Of a stretch of 64,000 nucleotides of DNA, positions 10,601 through 20,979 are shown one piece after another. Below the pieces are notes generated by a model that saw nothing but the letters and a program-made list of their open reading frames with translations, had not been told where the DNA came from and did no database searches. Location: the IMG/VR virus record IMGVR_UViG_3300030202_003189, positions 124,001 to 188,000 of that record; one strand, 5' to 3'. The stretch's first letter is position 1, and each line of letters opens with the position of its first letter. A program made the translations under genes and the position numbers.

Positions 10601-11906
10601 GGTTATTGAAGAATATGAATCCGGAGGAAACGACAGAATTCCAACAGGAACATTTTTTAGAGACTTAGAACAAAAGGATACCTTTGCTTATCAAAATTAT
10701 AAAGAAAAAATAAACAACTTTCATCCCGCATTTCATTCTATTCATCCTTGTGAGTTTAATGCAAGAATGACCTTCTTAAACCAATGTTTAAGGCCAGGTA
10801 GTTCAATAGAAGGGATTGTAGGTCCTAACAACATGTCATTTGGAAGACCTCCGGTATGTGTTCTTAGACTGGGGGATTACTATAATTGTAAAGTTATTAT
10901 TAATAATATAGATTTCAGTTATGAACAACCATTTTGGGACTTAAACCCAGAAGGGATTGGTGCACAACCATGGGTTGTTAGAGTTTCCATGCAAATGTAT
11001 ATTGTAGGTGGAATGAGTCTTGGTGGTCCATTATCACAATTACAAAATGCAGTTTCCTTTAACTATTTTGCTAATACTGAACTTTGTGAACCAGATAGGG
11101 CAAAACCTACTGTACCAACAACTTTAACAACTACACAAGAGGAGATAATTCCTAATGATTCAGAAATAGGAGATGGTGATGATGATAATGACGAAATAAT
11201 AATCCAAAACAATTCAGGAGTTGGAAATAATCCAGAGCAAACTAACAATTCTGAAGTAGTAGTCACAAATGATGAAAATGAGATAATGTGGACAGGGTTC
11301 ATAAATAGTGGTACTTTAACAAATACATACGACGCATCCCAAGCTGATCCTCTAAATCTAGCTGACCCTGGGTTTGCAATACCTTCGGCAAATTATGAGG
11401 GTATGTTCAGATGTACGGCAACTTTACAAAGAGTAGGGACAGGGAATCAATATAAGATATCCTGGTCTTATGCTGTTGCCACAACTCAGATTAAACAAAA
11501 GGTTGTGAATTTATTAGACCCAAGTGACCTAAACTACAGTGACCCATTTACATGGGAGAGTGTTGGTATTGGAGATAATATGACATATAATACAGAGGTA
11601 TTTGAAGATACCACTGAATGTATCAAAGACAATAAAGCGGGATGTACGGTACTTTTGCAACAAATGAAGACTCTTGCGCTTAAGGTCGAGGACTTTTACC
11701 AAGAGTGGTATAATCTATACTGGGGAGACATGTGGGCTGAGGGTTCTACTCCCCCTGACCTACCTTCATTCAAATTAAATTTCTGTTACAGTGTGTCAAC
11801 AGGTGATCCACACTCAAACAGCACATTTGACGAGTGTTTAACAAACCCAACAGGAAATAAACTTGAAACAGATGGTACTGCAGTAATAAACATCATTAAA
11901 ACCTAA
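7632..11906 (+). CDS. Baseplate hub / tail-tube initiator-like structural protein with large insertions
   Basis: Tube-initiator-like segments RIMWFPPY..W.ENSSANW...ILGR.EPIFTY.NS.R..L.F and FGRPPVCVLRLGD.YN.KVII.NI.FSYE..WDLNPEGIG; immediately after tape measure. Confidence 0.65.
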   Translation: MGINIDNTVINGVSQATTTAELREWLLNRNLPNVITEAGFQQNVQMLQEASLLFEETNQGFLQSLVVGNEFYQTGAYYSAGVNYGMLNGPQYSIDNLGEINIDTTTDSSGNLMPHISCELPDYIFPIESSSLCEINLFSAELEYTANNLDYYEIPTSDGTPISETYNPESFGVLPPFNMARTSSDFSVLAQYGEGVDSLVKKTQNQNPANNPYSWFNSNPTMYDLFISPNFDGNFMRFDSTALELSPLDNRFYGLKISQRGFEFNNASAPDGSGVKTFYTPLQPYNDGFSDAPSTLIQNTRILEQWVLGSYGTRIVRDAHLLRNSFTSCDMYLSNSPGLPGIDSIEGTVGLNNYYLTLAWVLSGPRKPKSNTNYFVQQLTASQMDPTALAGGLGEAVIDQDFGWDRALIPDFAALPTARKIESGARWQPQRTISNFELMEEVGTKGILNYTQRIINNSTDGAQGVVKVGDYIRQDTKYIKTKNGPISRGSGVDSLKNSGQKPFYRSWIRAKKEEVVQGGEDGSLPLNYSRYDALIRHQGLVLGGNRSTWSGGASVIEETGGAHNAQSGPTDTKRFMFSLENLAWKDDNDSLSPHEIGPNKGRIMWFPPYIESWTENSSANWTQTDILGRVEPIFTYKNSFRQTNLNFMVVTDYPEVLDTISKDFSPTNSDMEAAQFFSGEDFDRYRDAIVSGKTMGGNSQFFEDVGAVKLKPASDFLTDVGESVPNGFDTEEITLYYFSGCSQMNSVGTEVWPYTDTEPACTNCGELWEGQYDKTTEADAYSTRGGDVKLGAKNKLQELAEWLVTEQGKRYKIQIQYYRGPIQEDMGDDFHHIPVPGNHGVPFEGEGEGIEVVNSLSEEAVSLINKDYVTCGPSRGLKAADLLQGLMSTYEEANLEELLTTRNDSWYMEDAPEDGRWEVTYGGAAPYDEIILEKDNNSTVTNVVDADYVVPYPGYIQALPITLKVILNPELTSQDAKDEAQATFEAEKATVIEEYESGGNDRIPTGTFFRDLEQKDTFAYQNYKEKINNFHPAFHSIHPCEFNARMTFLNQCLRPGSSIEGIVGPNNMSFGRPPVCVLRLGDYYNCKVIINNIDFSYEQPFWDLNPEGIGAQPWVVRVSMQMYIVGGMSLGGPLSQLQNAVSFNYFANTELCEPDRAKPTVPTTLTTTQEEIIPNDSEIGDGDDDNDEIIIQNNSGVGNNPEQTNNSEVVVTNDENEIMWTGFINSGTLTNTYDASQADPLNLADPGFAIPSANYEGMFRCTATLQRVGTGNQYKISWSYAVATTQIKQKVVNLLDPSDLNYSDPFTWESVGIGDNMTYNTEVFEDTTECIKDNKAGCTVLLQQMKTLALKVEDFYQEWYNLYWGDMWAEGSTPPDLPSFKLNFCYSVSTGDPHSNSTFDECLTNPTGNKLETDGTAVINIIKT

Positions 11907-11909
11907 AAA

Positions 11910-12227
11910 ATGAGCTTATATTATAATAGATATCACAATATGACCAACGACGGAAAACCAAAACCGATGCCGTTTATAAAATTACCTAATAAATCAACCG
12001 ATAAATTTATAAAATACGAACAAGGGGTTACCAGGTTTGATAAGTTGAGCAATCAGTACTATGGGAACTCATTACATGGGTGGTTAATTATGCAAGGAAA
12101 TGCAGAATTGGGTGGTTTAGAGTTTACTATACCTGAGGGAACAATCATTAGAATACCATTCCCATTCAAAAAGTCTTTACAAGATTACGAGAATGCAGTA
12201 AATAGATATCTTAAACTAAATGGTTAA
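11910..12227 (+). CDS. LysM-like baseplate wedge protein (T4 gp53 / P2 gpX-like)
   Basis: 105 aa: TRFDKLSNQYYGNSLHGWLIMQGN...IPEGTIIRIP; sits between tube initiator and hub. Confidence 0.85.
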   Translation: MSLYYNRYHNMTNDGKPKPMPFIKLPNKSTDKFIKYEQGVTRFDKLSNQYYGNSLHGWLIMQGNAELGGLEFTIPEGTIIRIPFPFKKSLQDYENAVNRYLKLNG

Positions 12228-12230
12228 AAT

Positions 12231-15200
12231 ATGGGTGTAAATTTAATTGATCCGAATGAAGAGATAAGAAAATATGTTGGTGGAGGCGCTGACCTGCAAT
12301 TCCCTGGTAATAATAATGCGGGTTCGGTAACAGTACCCCCAGAAGATTTAGTACCCTATGCTAATTTAAGAGTTATTCTTCCGGGAAGAAGTGTAATAGT
12401 TGATAATGTTGCTGACCAAGTCCAAAATCAAGCAGAGATAGGGTTTATAGTACCATCTAAATTACCTCCTGAAAATAAAGGAAAAATGGGAACATCATGG
12501 ACTGAGATAGGAGGATTATCAGGATTCATGAAAGAGAAAGATGGATCGTATACGGTTGATGGATTAGGGAATCTCCAAAGAGAAGGGACATGGGGTGAAA
12601 CATTTGGAATAACAGACATCTCAGTTAAACTTAATGCGTCTTTTGAACCCCAAGTATTCATTAGTTTTGTTGATATTAGAGGTGCTTCCCTAATGGAACC
12701 AGGACTAAATTCTCCATACGCCGCATTTTTCCATATGCCATACCCATTATTTACTTTAGACCTAAAAGGGTATTACGGTAAAGGGATTAGCTATAAACTA
12801 CACCTAATGAAATTCAATTCAAAGTTTGATGCAGAAACAGGGAATTTTATTATTAACTGTGAATTTATTGGGTTTACGTTTACCTATCTTGCGGATTTGG
12901 CTGCAATATACTCAGATGTTGGTCCAGATCTTTATGGGCAATACGTTACTTCAGATCCTAACTATTTCCAACAAATAGGTAATGCAGGTAGTGGTTCTGG
13001 GAAACCGTGGCCAGAAGGTACAATGACTTTAGGTCCATATCTTAATAATATTGCTGACATGGCAGCAAAAATGGAGGCAATAGAGAATGATGAGGTTGTC
13101 CAAGACCACAAAGATATGGTTGATGCTGTCACATCATTAAAAGCGGTTATTGCATATTGGAAAGGTACCACTGTTAATAATATACGAAAAGATGGTAGTG
13201 ATGATATATACACTTATGACCCACATAATGAAACGTTAACTGTAACTGAATGTCTTTCTGCTAGTACAAAAACTTTATTAGCTGATTTGGAGTGTAAAAA
13301 GAAAAGAGCCGCCAATCAGAATGGATATTATCATGATCTTCTATTAACAATTAAAGGGTATGCAGACAAAACTAATAATAATCCAGATGTGGAAAAAGTC
13401 TTAGTAGAAAAAGCGTCAGGAGCCTATCGACCATATGCTACCTCTGTTTTCGCGTCCATACCTGATGGTGCAAAGACTAAAATAAATGGTCCCGAAGGGG
13501 CTCCATTACCAGCAGTTAGTCTAATAAAAACAAAATTCGATGGACCTGTCAAATGGGATCACGATTATAATCCTAATACTCCCGATGCTTATGGTGACGA
13601 TGGTGGTAATAAGGGTGGGGCGGTAATCTTATCAGATTATGATGACTCAACCGCCGATGCTGGGACTGGTGCTAATGGATGTGTTCAAGTTATTGCTAAG
13701 GAATTTTTAGATGGGGCAAAGGAGTCATTAGCATTTGCAGAAATGCGATTAGTAGAACTCGCTAAAGAGAAAAAGATACAAGAAGAAACTGTTAGATTGA
13801 ATTCATTGGTTATGCCCCCTACTTTGGAGAATGTATTTAAGTTAATATTGAATGGAGTGGATGGTTTTAATTCAACAGTAACTAATGTAGGTAAAATGGC
13901 AAATAAACAACATCAGGATGACGGGCGTTTAAGGGCTAAGTTAAGAGAATCAGGTACAGGAACAGACATTAAAGAAAATCAAAAACAAGTTTTTCCTTTT
14001 CCATTAGTATATAAAACGGTAACTCAGGGAACAAGTTCAACAACGAACGACTCAGACGCAACACTTAGGACAGTAAAAATATTTCCAGGTGAAAAAAATG
14101 CAGGTGGTGGTGAGTACACTTATCCAGATTATACAACTGATCCCTTTAAGTGGCCAGAGATTACTCTTGTTGAAAGATTGATACATACATTAATTGAAAA
14201 AACACGTCAAATAAATAGTACATTTAGTGAGGAAGAAGGATTTAGTGATGACGCTGGATATGTTGCTGCGACTGTTGAAGAAACACCACCTTCAGGTAAT
14301 CCATATGGAAAATTAACAGATGTTGATAAACAAATTATTCCATTAGTAATGTTAAGAACTATGTTACGATTAGGTAATTCTAATCTACTTAATAGTTCTG
14401 GTTATGGATCTATAGGTAAACAATTAGGAAATTTTACGAATATGGATATGTCGGATGCGACTGGAACGTATTCTTGGTATAACGCTCATAACTATTCGGA
14501 AACTGGTGACAATGAACTCATTACGGAACTAGGTAGGATGGAGGGAGAAACACTAATTCAAGGTATAGAAGACGATGCAACAAACGTCCGACTCGATGCT
14601 CTATATACAAAATTAACAGGAAATGCTGTTACTCAACAGGTTCCTAGCGGAACTAAGGGAAGATCAAAAGCTTGGCAGTTATATAAAGAAGCTGGGTATG
14701 ACACAAGGGGTTCGGGAATTAGTTGTGTGAGTACCGCATCAGATGCACAGAAGGAAGATACAGTGGGATGTCATTACATGTTTACCAATTTTGGTAACAA
14801 CACCCCAGTACAACAAGATGGAGCAACAGGAACAATTTTAGCAGGAACTTACAGTTTCTATGGGTGTAATTATAAAAATCAGAGTGGAGAACAGATTCTA
14901 AATGACTATGGGTATTATTTACCAAATGTAGAGGTAGAATTAAGTGGAGATATAAATTATGATCCATGTGTAACTCCAGAAACAAATAGTGGAGCGAGTG
15001 TATGTCCAGATTTTTGGATAACAGGAGTTGGGAGTAGTAATAACTTGGTGAGTTCTGTAGAAATATCAGGAGGATTATCAGAAGCGGTTCAAAACTACTA
15101 TGGTTTTAATACTCGTGCATTTGGAGGGAACCCAAAATTTACATCAGATATATGGATGATGATGGCACTCACAGGTGATATGACTAGTGCGACGGAGTAT

Positions 15201-18200
15201 GGTGGAGGTGATGACTCAATCAAGAAAACCGGACATTTCAAAACACCAAAATATATATTAGGAAAATACGGTACAGTTGATTATAATTGGGATAAATGGG
15301 GGAATTGGGACTGGTTCTCATACTACAATCCAATTATTGCTGATGGAAAAATCTCCCAAGGAGATACTAACAGTGAAGACAAGAGCACTTATATGAAACC
15401 TGATCAGTTTAGTCCTCTGGCGGTTTTCTACTCCGACGGAACAAAATACAGTGATAGATCATCAAACGAAGCACCATACACGGATGTGCAAACTTTTTTA
15501 TTAGAAGATGCTTTATGGATGAGAAATGACTGGGAAAATGAATTATATAGTAGTCAATTCCCTGTCATGCCTGCTGATCCTTTAATTACCGCATACACTA
15601 CGAGAGTGGAGTTAGATAATACTGATAAGAATTCTAAATTATATACTAGTGGTGCAGATACTGCAGGTTATCGTGAAGTCTTAAACGATAAGGCGTCTGG
15701 GGTGGCAGACCCAAGAGCGGCCAGTAATATAGCACTAGGTTACCTATATATAAATAATTGTGGTAAATACTTTAGTTTAAGTTATATGCACAGGGCCCGT
15801 GATAATAAACCATGGGACCAATTTAACTTAGGAAAATTATTACACAACTCAGGAGGATACCTTAAATTACCACAGTCTGTAATTCTTACCTTAGGGTCGT
15901 TATTATATCGTTATGATGAAACAAATGATATAATAGATTGGCCAAACTATTTTAATAGAACAGGGAAGGGGAATACGGATCTTAATGGTCATGATTGGGG
16001 GGTAAATACCGTCATGTATCAAATACCACGAAAAGATGAAAGACCAATGCCAGAACCTTACTTTAGACTCGGCGGAGGTATGACCCCAGACACCAGGAGA
16101 AAGTTTGCCGCTTCTCAAGACATAGAACAATGGCGAACCGCTGGTGACCTCAATAACACATTACACTTTTTGGCGGGTGGGTGTGTGACCTCTTATGGGG
16201 ATAAAATGACCTTTGGTAGTTGGTGTGGTGGTGGTGCACTTAGCCTTGCAAGCATAACAAACGCTACCGCTTTCCATTTCTACAATAACCTCACAAATTT
16301 TTTCTGTCCTGGATGTAACATTCATGACGATAAAGGCGACTTTCCTAACTACGGATTTTATGAGAAATTACCAGAATGGTTAATAAACGCCCCAAAATAC
16401 ATAAGAGAGAGACTTAAGACAGAATTTGTGTCATGGGCTACAGGCACCAATCAACACGATAAAGGACATTTTGAAATGCACCCTTCATTCCCAGAATTAA
16501 AGAGGTTAATGAAAGAAACCACAACAGTATTAGGTTGTGACCCTAATGAGAGTGGGTGTACTCCAGGTCTTAAATCCGATGATGGAAATGTGCAAATGGG
16601 CCCAACAACAGTAGGACCTAGTTATACAGAGAATATGGCCCCAGACAGTAGATTATATACTACTTTTTATAGTACCGGAGACTATTGGCTTCATAACAAC
16701 GACACTGGTTCTACAGACGAAAATGATATTAACAGAGGTATATGTACTATGTACACTGAACCGTGGGGTGCTGTTCATCCATATTTTATGACAGGTCATG
16801 CATCCAATAAAGCAAAAACTTTTACGTCACGAGAAATGGAAGGACAACATCAAAAAACAGGTACTACTAAAAAGAAAACTCTCGTGATAAACTTCGTAAA
16901 TGCATTTTCAAATTTAAGGAGTTCTCAAAAAGGTACCACGAATTTTATACAGCGTAAGGGACCTGCAGACGTATCAAAGGCTGAATTTACCTATACATTA
17001 CCTTTATTATGGAATGGTTGGGTGAATATGAGATGGCAAGGTTCTGGGGAAGTACCTGATAAATACGGAACAGAAGGATTCTTTAATACCATAACAAAAG
17101 ATACAATAAAGAGTTATGAGGATTTACGAAAACACCACCAAGCTAAACACTCAAAGTCTCCAGGTTATGGTATTTATGAAACATGGGGAATGGCTAACGT
17201 ATATTACTATATTAGAAAAGCAAGTCACACGAGTAATGTAGTAGTAGGAAATGGTTTTAATAGGAAGTACATAAACAACTGGGATGGAATTGGGTCAATA
17301 GTAACAGCTTTTAATGATTCGATTCAGGGATTTAACCAAGTTGGAAATGAAGTTTATAAAAATATTCATTTTCAGAGTGAGGGGTGTGCGTTTAATTTTA
17401 ATCCTGGGACGGCTATGGGTAACCAAATACCAAGAAAAAGGTTTACTGCGGATCCTGCAGATGGAGACTGGGCATACTCCTATGAAATATATGAAGAAGC
17501 TGGACTAGGTGGAATTAATCAAGATACAGAAACATTTATTGGGGGAGGAGATGGAAACGGAGTTCAGTTCATTCCAAATTTTTACATACCTAAGATGCAA
17601 TACTTAGCAACAGCCAAAAATAACACCGCCGACTATGTTGCTAATGAATTATATATCCAAACCAAAGACTTCATGCAAAGAATAGTTGAAATAAAAAATC
17701 CTTCATGGAGATATTGGATGGGATGGAAAGAGAACGATAACTACGTAAACTCAGTATTTACAACTTCAACACACGCTGATAGGTTTTTTGGTGGATTTTT
17801 AGCTGCGATAAACGAATATCTCGCATCTCAAATTAAAAGTGGTGCACAACAGACGGCCCGAGTGGATAAATTGGATATATTAAACGATAACGACATTAAG
17901 TTAGATACTTATTTAACTGTTAAAAATCTACATGATAAATGGTTATGTGAACCACAACAATCGGCTAGAAATAATTTAACCACAGGAAATGCTAGAGAGG
18001 CTAGTAAAATTGGGTGGTTATTTGACCAATTTAGTTTTGTTGATAGGGCGTATAACGATATTAGACATAAATTTATTGACCCATCACCCCTCTTAAATCT
18101 TAAAAAGAATCCTAAAATGAGTTTATATACACTAATATATGACCTCATAGTACATAATCAATTTGAATTCTTCCCCTTACCTTCTAATATAGACTTTTCA

Positions 18201-20471
18201 CCAGAGGAGTTTAGACAGGCATTTACACCGTTTCTAACAGTTAATGAGAGAGACATGAATAAAAATCCTAGGTTCTATATTATGTATATGGGTGGTTTTT
18301 CAGATAGTCTTGATGTTGACAGCACAGATTACCAATATAGTAACGACGGATTTGATATTGATAATGAGTGTATAGATTGTCCAGCTGACTACTTCGGCGA
18401 AGAAATTTCTAAAAAATATGGTGATAGTTTAGTGTTCGGTCAACTATTGAGTGAGGGAAAAATGAAATGTGAGAGTGGTGAATGTGGTAGTGGTGATATT
18501 AAAAAAGCACCACAATTAGTACCACAAACTGGACATTGGGTATGTTGGAGTGAGGATGCGACAGGAGGTACATGTAAAGTTAGGACTCAGAATGTTACGG
18601 CTTTCAGAGTGGCCTTTGGACAAGATAACCAAAACTTCTTCAAGTCTGTTTCTCTAGATCAAGCAGAATTCCAAGAAACACAGGAATCGTTAGAACTGAT
18701 AGATGCTTTAGCAAAAGAAGAAGGTACTTCTAAGGATCCTATGTTAAAAGGACAAAACCTATTTAATGTATACCAAAAAAGAAGTTATACTTGTAGTGTA
18801 GATGCTTTCGGAATGATGAACATCCTACCTTTACAATACTTTCAACTAGATCAAGTCCCTATGTTTCATGGGGCGTACATTATAACAAATGTTGACCACA
18901 CCATCACACCAGGAGAGTTTCAAACAAATTTCAAAGGAACTAGAATATCACGTTCTGTTGTACCCTACGTATCCAATTTTATTACAAATACTCTTATTGT
19001 AGAGTCAGATAATCCAGAAATTAGTTATGGACAAGGTGATGTAAACTATACCGTTTTAGATGGAAATGTTGATAGGGTGGGTGTATGGATGGATAGTAAA
19101 GTTACTAACGCATCAATAAATAATTTTGTAGTCGGTGCGGGAGGTAATAGTGTGGGTATTGAACTAAATAGTAGTTGGCCTAATTATAAAAAGGATATTG
19201 GAAAAATCTCTCCAGTTAGTGGGAATAAAGTTACATGTGCGACAAAATATATGGGAGAAACATGGCATTGGCAACCAATTCATACAGGAACACAATATAG
19301 TCCAAATTCAAGATATTCATTAGATGAACTTAAAGAAGCGTGTGTTAAGTTAGCAAAAAAGAACGTTTTTATATTTATATGGTTATATTTTGTACCTACG
19401 AAATCTTATGTTGAGCCTATGTGTGGCGGAACAGGAATAGAAAGTTATGACCCTAAAAAAGATTGGGTTGATTGGGAGGCGAAAGGGGCTTCGGTACCAC
19501 CTAGTTTACCTCAGTTAGTGAAACAATTAAATGATGCTTGTAAGGCAGATTCTGAAGTTGGAAAAAATTGTATTGGTGCGGTAGAGTTTGATTTAGAGGC
19601 TCATTATACAAATACAAAATATGAAGGGAGTAATACTACGATGGTAGATGGGTGTTATACAGCGTGGAGGAATCAACAAGAGAATGTTTATGGATCTTAT
19701 AATAATGTTAAGAAAAAAGATTTGGCACTAAAAGTTATGGCAAAACTACGACAAGATTTACCATCTGATTGTCAAATAGGTATATCTACCATTATGAATA
19801 ATCCTGGTAAGGATGAAAAACTTAAATCAGAGATCAGAGATAACGATACTAACTATTGGAAAGGTGTGGTGTGTGCAGAATATGCATTACAATCAGACTA
19901 TGTTGCGGCTCAAGCATATTCTCACCCAAGATGTGAAGAAGGTAAAGATGAAATGTGTAAATCATGCACTTCAGATAATCAGTGTAGTGGAGACAATTTC
20001 TGTCAAGGAAGTCCTGATGGTATGTATGAGGGAGATAGACCTATGGGTAAAAGATTTTATACCAATAAAGTATGTCAAAGCCCTACATACAAGTGGGATG
20101 GATGGGCTGGTACAGGAGTTACTGGAAGACCTGGACTTTACGCTCGTTATGTTAAGGCCTTACAAGAGTCTACCTGGTTAGGTCACGACGCATCCTCAGG
20201 TAAACCAGAATTTGTTTGTGGTTTAGCAGGGTATGATAAGAAATGGAATAACCATACCCCTGCCGATGGGGCTACCGAAGATTGGAATGGATGTACCGAT
20301 GAGGTTGCTAATGGTATAAAAGCAAAAGAAGTAAGATATTGGTCATATCTTAATACTTTTAGTAATGGTGGTAAAGGAGGGGCAAGAGGAAGAATGGCAA
20401 ATCAAAATGGTGGAGATGGACTTTGGCCATACGGTTGGAGAGACTTTGTTAAGGCAAGAACAACCACATAA
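12231..20471 (+). CDS. Giant baseplate hub protein (gp27/gpD-like) with C-terminal GH18-like glycoside hydrolase domain
   Basis: N-terminal FGITDI.VK.N.SF.P.V.I.FVDIRG..L and PYPLF.L.LKGYYGK; hub C-terminal segment YTC.V...G...I.PLQYF.L..VPMF.GAY.IT.V.H.I.PG.F.T.F.G.R; last ~470 aa has AVEFDLE, DYVAAQAY, GLAGY, YWS. Confidence 0.7.
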   Translation: MGVNLIDPNEEIRKYVGGGADLQFPGNNNAGSVTVPPEDLVPYANLRVILPGRSVIVDNVADQVQNQAEIGFIVPSKLPPENKGKMGTSWTEIGGLSGFMKEKDGSYTVDGLGNLQREGTWGETFGITDISVKLNASFEPQVFISFVDIRGASLMEPGLNSPYAAFFHMPYPLFTLDLKGYYGKGISYKLHLMKFNSKFDAETGNFIINCEFIGFTFTYLADLAAIYSDVGPDLYGQYVTSDPNYFQQIGNAGSGSGKPWPEGTMTLGPYLNNIADMAAKMEAIENDEVVQDHKDMVDAVTSLKAVIAYWKGTTVNNIRKDGSDDIYTYDPHNETLTVTECLSASTKTLLADLECKKKRAANQNGYYHDLLLTIKGYADKTNNNPDVEKVLVEKASGAYRPYATSVFASIPDGAKTKINGPEGAPLPAVSLIKTKFDGPVKWDHDYNPNTPDAYGDDGGNKGGAVILSDYDDSTADAGTGANGCVQVIAKEFLDGAKESLAFAEMRLVELAKEKKIQEETVRLNSLVMPPTLENVFKLILNGVDGFNSTVTNVGKMANKQHQDDGRLRAKLRESGTGTDIKENQKQVFPFPLVYKTVTQGTSSTTNDSDATLRTVKIFPGEKNAGGGEYTYPDYTTDPFKWPEITLVERLIHTLIEKTRQINSTFSEEEGFSDDAGYVAATVEETPPSGNPYGKLTDVDKQIIPLVMLRTMLRLGNSNLLNSSGYGSIGKQLGNFTNMDMSDATGTYSWYNAHNYSETGDNELITELGRMEGETLIQGIEDDATNVRLDALYTKLTGNAVTQQVPSGTKGRSKAWQLYKEAGYDTRGSGISCVSTASDAQKEDTVGCHYMFTNFGNNTPVQQDGATGTILAGTYSFYGCNYKNQSGEQILNDYGYYLPNVEVELSGDINYDPCVTPETNSGASVCPDFWITGVGSSNNLVSSVEISGGLSEAVQNYYGFNTRAFGGNPKFTSDIWMMMALTGDMTSATEYGGGDDSIKKTGHFKTPKYILGKYGTVDYNWDKWGNWDWFSYYNPIIADGKISQGDTNSEDKSTYMKPDQFSPLAVFYSDGTKYSDRSSNEAPYTDVQTFLLEDALWMRNDWENELYSSQFPVMPADPLITAYTTRVELDNTDKNSKLYTSGADTAGYREVLNDKASGVADPRAASNIALGYLYINNCGKYFSLSYMHRARDNKPWDQFNLGKLLHNSGGYLKLPQSVILTLGSLLYRYDETNDIIDWPNYFNRTGKGNTDLNGHDWGVNTVMYQIPRKDERPMPEPYFRLGGGMTPDTRRKFAASQDIEQWRTAGDLNNTLHFLAGGCVTSYGDKMTFGSWCGGGALSLASITNATAFHFYNNLTNFFCPGCNIHDDKGDFPNYGFYEKLPEWLINAPKYIRERLKTEFVSWATGTNQHDKGHFEMHPSFPELKRLMKETTTVLGCDPNESGCTPGLKSDDGNVQMGPTTVGPSYTENMAPDSRLYTTFYSTGDYWLHNNDTGSTDENDINRGICTMYTEPWGAVHPYFMTGHASNKAKTFTSREMEGQHQKTGTTKKKTLVINFVNAFSNLRSSQKGTTNFIQRKGPADVSKAEFTYTLPLLWNGWVNMRWQGSGEVPDKYGTEGFFNTITKDTIKSYEDLRKHHQAKHSKSPGYGIYETWGMANVYYYIRKASHTSNVVVGNGFNRKYINNWDGIGSIVTAFNDSIQGFNQVGNEVYKNIHFQSEGCAFNFNPGTAMGNQIPRKRFTADPADGDWAYSYEIYEEAGLGGINQDTETFIGGGDGNGVQFIPNFYIPKMQYLATAKNNTADYVANELYIQTKDFMQRIVEIKNPSWRYWMGWKENDNYVNSVFTTSTHADRFFGGFLAAINEYLASQIKSGAQQTARVDKLDILNDNDIKLDTYLTVKNLHDKWLCEPQQSARNNLTTGNAREASKIGWLFDQFSFVDRAYNDIRHKFIDPSPLLNLKKNPKMSLYTLIYDLIVHNQFEFFPLPSNIDFSPEEFRQAFTPFLTVNERDMNKNPRFYIMYMGGFSDSLDVDSTDYQYSNDGFDIDNECIDCPADYFGEEISKKYGDSLVFGQLLSEGKMKCESGECGSGDIKKAPQLVPQTGHWVCWSEDATGGTCKVRTQNVTAFRVAFGQDNQNFFKSVSLDQAEFQETQESLELIDALAKEEGTSKDPMLKGQNLFNVYQKRSYTCSVDAFGMMNILPLQYFQLDQVPMFHGAYIITNVDHTITPGEFQTNFKGTRISRSVVPYVSNFITNTLIVESDNPEISYGQGDVNYTVLDGNVDRVGVWMDSKVTNASINNFVVGAGGNSVGIELNSSWPNYKKDIGKISPVSGNKVTCATKYMGETWHWQPIHTGTQYSPNSRYSLDELKEACVKLAKKNVFIFIWLYFVPTKSYVEPMCGGTGIESYDPKKDWVDWEAKGASVPPSLPQLVKQLNDACKADSEVGKNCIGAVEFDLEAHYTNTKYEGSNTTMVDGCYTAWRNQQENVYGSYNNVKKKDLALKVMAKLRQDLPSDCQIGISTIMNNPGKDEKLKSEIRDNDTNYWKGVVCAEYALQSDYVAAQAYSHPRCEEGKDEMCKSCTSDNQCSGDNFCQGSPDGMYEGDRPMGKRFYTNKVCQSPTYKWDGWAGTGVTGRPGLYARYVKALQESTWLGHDASSGKPEFVCGLAGYDKKWNNHTPADGATEDWNGCTDEVANGIKAKEVRYWSYLNTFSNGGKGGARGRMANQNGGDGLWPYGWRDFVKARTTT

Positions 20472-20515
20472 ACCCCCAAATCTAATTTAACTTTGTACTA
20501 AGAGAAATATAATTC

Positions 20516-20522
20516 TATTTAT
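20516..20522 (+). promoter_or_regulatory. TATTTAT motif (candidate phage promoter)
   Basis: 12 nt upstream of ATG 20535. Confidence 0.45.
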
Positions 20523-20534
20523 ATATAAACAATA

Positions 20535-20954
20535 ATGAACAATAATATATCTAAATCCTCACTGGTTTGTACTTTTGTTGAACATAAATCCTTAGAAAAA
20601 ATATACTCTAATTTAGAAAAAGGATTTGGTGTTGATACAAATAAGGTCTTTATATTTAATATTGAGGATAAAGAAAAATACTTAATAACGTATAAGATTA
20701 ATTTAGATAACGAACAACGAAAAGACTTCAAAAGAAGAATGAAACGAACGTTTCCGATACATAAAAAAGGGAAAACATTTTTCACAATTAACGGACTTAA
20801 TAAACTAATAGAAAAAATATATAAATTAACCCCAGGGAACATAAACTATAAGGACTATCAAATAAACTGGAAAGATTATGACAACAAATTAATAATGATA
20901 AAGGAAAAAGAATTATATATTATTGATCTAGATAGAGTTTTCCTAGATAAGTAA
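20535..20954 (+). CDS. Hypothetical phage protein
   Basis: 139-aa ORF with its own upstream TATTTAT motif; LVCTF, IHKK..TFFTINGLNKLI, INW..Y.N. Confidence 0.7.
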   Translation: MNNNISKSSLVCTFVEHKSLEKIYSNLEKGFGVDTNKVFIFNIEDKEKYLITYKINLDNEQRKDFKRRMKRTFPIHKKGKTFFTINGLNKLIEKIYKLTPGNINYKDYQINWKDYDNKLIMIKEKELYIIDLDRVFLDK

Positions 20955-20961
20955 TATTTAT
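20954..20961 (+). promoter_or_regulatory. ATATTTAT motif (candidate phage promoter)
   Basis: 18 nt upstream of ATG 20980. Confidence 0.5.
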
Positions 20962-20979
20962 AGTAAAAGAATTAGTATC

